A stretch of 64,000 nucleotides of DNA from Eledone cirrhosa (lineage: Eukaryota): positions 16,554,001 through 16,618,000 of the forward strand of contig OZ024747.1 in the NCBI GenBank assembly GCA_964016885.1, given 5' to 3'. Under the pieces are notes generated by a model that saw only the letters and a program-made list of their open reading frames with translations, did not search any database and had not been told where the DNA came from. The position numbers and the translations under genes were made by a program. This document shows, in pieces, positions 57,598 through 64,000 of this stretch; the first letter of the stretch is position 1, and every line of letters begins with the position of its first letter.

Positions 57598-60500
57598 TAA
57601 GTATGTACACGTACATACACATATGCATACCGACGTACAGTAGTATGTATACATATATATACATACATGCACACATATATATATGCACGTATGGATTCAC
57701 CGAACATTTATTATAATGCTCGGTGTGTTTGTAAACAAACATCCCGTATTAAGCCGTAGTGTCTAGCAACCACCGTTGCTCGTTTGTTCAACACTGACAA
57801 AGGAACGCTGTACTAGTTTCAAGCTTGTTAGCTATCGTCAGCAACGTATACCTTCCTGCCAGATTGTTGAACGTATATACTTACCTTATGCATATTAACG
57901 GCTGAGTAGCCCAATTTGCATATCGAGTGGGTTAATCGGCCGGGTGCACCGAAAACGATAAACGGAAAAAATGAAACGATATTTCATTTCCCACTCTTAG
58001 TACGGCTGTTACTTAAATATAAGTATGTACACGTACATACACATATGCATACCGACGTACAGTAGTATGTATACATATATATACATACATGCACACATAT
58101 ATATATGCACGTATGGATTCACCGAACATTTATTATAATGCTCGGTGTGTTTGTAAACAAACATCCCGTATTAAGCCGTAGTGTCTAGCAACCACCGTTG
58201 CTCGATTGTTCAACACTGACAAAGGAACGCTGTACTAGTTTCAAGCTTGTTAGCTATCGTCAGCAACGTATACCTTCCTGCCAGATTGTTGAACGTATAT
58301 ACTTACCTTATGCATATTAACGGCTGAGTAGCCCAATTTGCATATCGAGTGGGTTAATCGGCCGGGTGCACCGAAAACGATAAACGGAAAAAATGAAACG
58401 ATATTTCATTTCCCACTCTTAGTACGGCTGTTACTTAAATATAAGTATGTACACGTACATACACATATGCATACCGACGTACAGTAGTATGTATACATAT
58501 ATATACATACATGCACACATATATATATGCACGTATGGATTCACCGAACATTTATTATAATGCTCGGTGTGTTTGTAAACAAACATCCCGTATTAAGCCG
58601 TAGTGTCTAGCAACCACCGTTGCTCGTTTGTTCAACACTGACAAAGGAACGCTGTACTAGTTTCAAGCTTGTTAGCTATCGTCAGCAACGTATACCTTCC
58701 TGCCAGATTGTTGAACGTATATACTTACCTTATGCATATTAACGGCTGAGTAGCCCAATTTGCATATCGAGTGGGTTAATCGGCCGGGTGCACCGAAAAC
58801 GATAAACGGAAAAAATGAAACGATATTTCATTTCCCACTCTTAGTACGGCTGTTACTTAAATATAAGTATGTACACGTACATACACATATGCATACCGAC
58901 GTACAGTAGTATGTATACATATATATACATACATGCACACATATATATATGCACGTATGGATTCACCGAACATTTATTATAATGCTCGGTGTGTTTCGGT
59001 GCACCCGGCCGATTAACCCACTCGATATGCAAATTGGGCTACTCAGCCGTTAATATGCATAAGGTAAGTATATACGTTCAACAATCTGGCAGGAAGGTAT
59101 ACGTTGCTGACGATAGCTAACAAGCTTGAAACTAGTACAGCGTTCCTTTGTCAGTGTTGAACAAACGAGCAACGGTGGTTGCTAGACACTACGGCTTAAT
59201 ACGGGATGTTTGTTTACAAACACACCGAGCATTATAATAAATGTTCGGTGAATCCATACGTGCATATATATATGTGTGCATGTATGTATATATATGTATA
59301 CATACTACTGTACGTCGGTATGCATATGTGTATGTACGTGTACATACTTATATTTAAGTAACAGCCGTACTAAGAGTGGGAAATGAAATATCGTTTCATT
59401 TTTTCCGTTTATCGTTTTCGGTGCACCCGGCCGATTAACCCACTCGATATGCAAATTGGGCTACTCAGCCGTTAATATGCATAAGGTAAGTATATACGTT
59501 CAACAATCTGGCAGGAAGGTATACGTTGCTGACGATAGCTAACAATCTTGAAACTAGTACAGCGTTCCTTTGTCAGTGTTGAACAAACGAGCAACGGTGG
59601 TTGCTAGACACTACGGCTTAATACGGGATGTTTGTTTACAAACACACCGAGCATTATAATAAATGTTCGGTGAATCCATACGTGCATATATATATGTGTG
59701 CATGTATGTATATATATGTATACATACTACTGTACGTCGGTATGCATATGTGTATGTACGTGTACATACTTATATTTAAGTAACAGCCGTACTAAGAGTG
59801 GGAAATGAAATATCGTTTCATTTTTTCCGTTTATCGTTTTCGGTGCACCCGGCCGATTAACCCACTCGATATGCAAATTGGGCTACTCAGCCGTTAATAT
59901 GCATAAGGTAAGTATATACGTTCAACAATCTGGCAGGAAGGTATACGTTGCTGACGATAGCTAACAAGCTTGAAACTAGTACAGCGTTCCTTTGTCAGTG
60001 TTGAACAAACGAGCAACGGTGGTTGCTAGACACTACGGCTTAATACGGGATGTTTGTTTACAAACACACCGAGCATTATAATAAATGTTCGGTGAATCCA
60101 TACGTGCATATATATATGTGTGCATGTATGTATATATATGTATACATACTACTGTACGTCGGTATGCATATGTGTATGTACGTGTACATACTTATATTTA
60201 AGTAACAGCCGTACTAAGAGTGGGAAATGAAATATCGTTTCATTTTTTCCGTTTATCGTTTTCGGTGCACCCGGCCGATTAACCCACTCGATATGCAAAT
60301 TGGGCTACTCAGCCGTTAATATGCATAAGGTAAGTATATACGTTCAACAATCTGGCAGGAAGGTATACGTTGCTGACGATAGCTAACAATCTTGAAACTA
60401 GTACAGCGTTCCTTTGTCAGTGTTGAACAAACGAGCAACGGTGGTTGCTAGACACTACGGCTTAATACGGGATGTTTGTTTACAAACACACCGAGCATTA

Positions 60501-61943
60501 TAATAAATGTTCGGTGAATCCATACGTGCATATATATATGTGTGCATGTATGTATATATATGTATACATACTACTGTACGTCGGTATGCATATGTGTATG
60601 TACGTGTACATACTTATATTTAAGTAACAGCCGTACTAAGAGTGGGAAATGAAATATCGTTTCATTTTTTCCGTTTATCGTTTTCGGTGCACCCGGCCGA
60701 TTAACCCACTCGATATGCAAATTGGGCTACTCAGCCGTTAATATGCATAAGGTAAGTATATACGTTCAACAATCTGGCAGGAAGGTATACGTTGCTGACG
60801 ATAGCTAACAAGCTTGAAACTAGTACAGCGTTCCTTTGTCAGTGTTGAACAAACGAGCAACGGTGGTTGCTAGACACTACGGCTTAATACGGGATGTTTG
60901 TTTACAAACACACCGAGCATTATAATAAATGTTCGGTGAATCCATACGTGCATATATATATGTGTGCATGTATGTATATATATGTATACATACTACTGTA
61001 CGTCGGTATGCATATGTGTATGTACGTGTACATACTTATATTTAAGTAACAGCCGTACTAAGAGTGGGAAATGAAATATCGTTTCATTTTTTCCGTTTAT
61101 CGTTTTCGGTGCACCCGGCCGATTAACCCACTCGATATGCAAATTGGGCTACTCAGCCGTTAATATGCATAAGGTAAGTATATACGTTCAACAATCTGGC
61201 AGGAAGGTATACGTTGCTGACGATAGCTAACAAGCTTGAAACTAGTACAGCGTTCCTTTGTCAGTGTTGAACAAACGAGCAACGGTGGTTGCTAGACACT
61301 ACGGCTTAATACGGGATGTTTGTTTACAAACACACCGAGCATTATAATAAATGTTCGGTGAATCCATACGTGCATATATATATGTGTGCATGTATGTATA
61401 TATATGTATACATACTACTGTACGTCGGTATGCATATGTGTATGTACGTGTACATACTTATATTTAAGTAACAGCCGTACTAAGAGTGGGAAATGAAATA
61501 TCGTTTCATTTTTTCCGTTTATCGTTTTCGGTGCACCCGGCCGATTAACCCACTCGATGTGCAAATTGGGCTACTCAGCCGTTAATATGCATAAGGTAAG
61601 TATATACGTTCAACAATCTGGCAGGAAGGTATACGTTGCTGACGATAGCTAACAAGCTTGAAACTAGTACAGCGTTCCTTTGTCAGTGTTGAACAAACGA
61701 GCAACGGTGGTTGCTAGACACTACGGCTTAATACGGGATGTTTGTTTACAAACACACCGAGCATTATAATAAATGTTCGGTGAATCCATACGTGCATATA
61801 TATATGTGTGCATGTATGTATATATATGTATACATACTACTGTACGTCGGTATGCATATGTGTATGTACGTGTACATACTTATATTTAAGTAACAGCCGT
61901 ACTAAGAGTGGGAAATGAAATATCGTTTCATTTTTTCCGTTTA
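57592..61943 (+). repeat. 422-bp tandem array, 3.3 forward units + 7 inverted units (fold-back), inside (TA)n
   Basis: Period 422 (gtatgtacac at 57601, 58023, 58445, 58867); orientation switch at 58994-58997; reverse units start at 58997, 59419, 59841, 60263, 60685, 61107, 61529. Confidence 0.97.
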
Positions 61944-63219
61944 TATATATATATATATACACATATATAATAGATAGTTGATAGATATACGTGTGTGCAT
62001 GTATGTGCTTATGCATATGCATGTATGTGTGTGTATTTATCACCGGATGATTTCATTTCTTGTAAATACCAGTTATGTTTTACAGTACATATATACTAAT
62101 CTAATCCTTTTAGATAACTTAACTGCCCAGAAGCTCTATATAGAAGCTTCACCAGAAAACATACGAATTCAGAAAATTAAGCCAAATAACAAAAGTTTTT
62201 ATTTCATAATATATGAATCAGAATATTTTGAATCAAAGTATATATTGAATTATCCATATAAATAGCCAAGCATTGCTTAAATACTATATGTATTCAAGTA
62301 TAATCTTACATATATGACAGCATATGGCTTCTTGAGTGACTGGAATATATTTAACACGAACGTGGTACTCATATACAGGAACAGTGTTGGTGTGAATTAG
62401 AATTATACAGTAAATATGATATTGGTGCATTCAAAGTCTCTCCACTTTTAATATACTCTACCAGCTCTAATTGCATACACACAATACATTATAAATGCTT
62501 CAACAGAAATGATCTCATGTTACTATGATTCAATTTGACAGCAAATACAATTACTCATTTTGAATCATCACAAAGGAAATAGATTCATTCATGAAAAATA
62601 TATTTTTTGGATTATAATCAACCCAATACTAATAAACCTGATAGTCTCTCACATTGGTAAAAAAACTGAAGGTCAGTCACTGATGTACATAATCAATTGA
62701 ATCGTCCTCACAAAACATCAATCCTGTGGCTGATTATACTACAGATAGCAGCCAAAATTAATTACACGTTACATTGCCAACTGAAAACAAATAATTATGT
62801 AGTTCTTGATGTTGCAATGCATAATAAGGGCTATACTGGTATGAAATAACACCATGGATTTAAGAAGAACCTCAAAGTAATAATACCCTCAATGTAATAA
62901 TAGTCGTGAATTGATATTTTTTCGGAAAAAAGATATTCAGGAGTTAAAATGTTTTCAATTATATATTTCTTGCAAATGAAGATGTGCCGGATCTCTGTAG
63001 ATTATTATTTACAATTTGAAACACAGTTGGGAGACGATTCAAGAAGTGACCAAACTGTATTGAACATTTGGATAGCAAGAACGTGGCAAATCATCTTGCA
63101 GCACATCACAAATACCACCATATCACAGAATTCCCTAATGATAATGTGTGTTCCGGATTCTCCAGTAAAAATATTATTGAGATTATATTAGACTTTACTG
63201 TATGTGAACGAATAGCTAA

Positions 63220-63962
63220 ATAATTGTTTCTACTTTTAGGCACAAAGCCAGCAATTACCCAGTGCATTACTGGTACTTTATTTTATCAACCCCATAAGGA
63301 TGAAAGGCAAAGTCAACCTCGGCGGGATTTCAACTCAGAAGCTAAATAATGTATTCCCAAAACATATATCACATTTTTTTAAATATTGGTAATTGATTCT
63401 GCTTCCGGCATAAGGCCAGTAATTTGAAGATGAAATTAAATAGGTCTAAATCGAACTCAGTGCATTACTGGTACTCTATTTTATCGATCTCGTAGTGATT
63501 TAAGGTAAAGCTTACTTCAGCAAAGACTGATTTCAGAAAAGGGACGTAACTATATGCCACACAGTCTGATGTCCTACCCTCTACCGATACTACCAATCCA
63601 CACCCTATTTAAAGTAGTAATAAGGGTTTCTGACTTAGGCACTAGGCCAAATAGGTTAGCGGGAAGGGAGAAAGTTGATTGAATTGACCCCTGTACGTTA
63701 CTGGTACTTTATTTTATCCACCCCGTAATGTTGTAAGGCAAATCTAATCTCGGCGGTATTGATATTAGAGCGTTTTAGGCCGTAACTATATGCCACAAAG
63801 CACATTCTCGACGCTCTACCGATATTGTAAATCCACCACCTTATTAAAAGCAGTAATAATTGTTTCTACTTTTGGCACAAGGCCAGCAAGTACCGCAGTA
63901 CATTACTGGCACATTATTTCATCAACATCGTAAGGATGAAATACAAAGTTAATCTCGGCGGA
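63220..63962 (-). mobile_element. Cluster of four co-oriented SINE family 1 copies
   Basis: Copies at about 63220-63342, 63388-63606, 63620-63840 and 63855-63962, each with the tactggtac...gatgaaaggcaaag-like core. Confidence 0.8.
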
Positions 63963-64000
63963 TGATAAATAATCAGCAAAAAAATACATACAAATAAACT

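Noticed and set aside
57592-61943. CRISPR-like array or repeated gene cassette
   Set aside because: The units are identical throughout with no variable spacers, the unit has no meaningful ORF, and the context is eukaryotic.

Overview
AT-rich, repeat-dense eukaryotic (animal) genomic DNA with no host protein-coding exon I can support, so it is probably intergenic or deep intronic. The SINE families, the abundant (TA)n/(CA)n/(ATT)n microsatellites and the TE mix suggest an octopod cephalopod; this is inference, not a database result. Recognisable content: many tRNA-derived SINEs of two types; decayed non-LTR retrotransposons (R4/Dong-type RLE elements in (ATT)n tracts, an RTE reverse-transcriptase fragment, two non-autonomous RTE-derived elements); an internally deleted DD37D (maT) Tc1/mariner element; a Helitron 3' fragment with PIF1 helicase and CTAG end; a TIR MITE; and long microsatellites. 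The most unusual structure is a 4.35-kb array of a 422-bp unit (57592-61943) that flips orientation once. It shares an asymmetric fold-back architecture with two short dispersed copies (20548-20791, 43613-44086), all inserted in (TA)n, which suggests a TA-targeting fold-back, possibly rolling-circle, element family. Other highlights are an apparently lossless twin-primed 5' inversion of an RTE-derived element and a near-perfect ~580-bp palindrome around an AT-only spacer.
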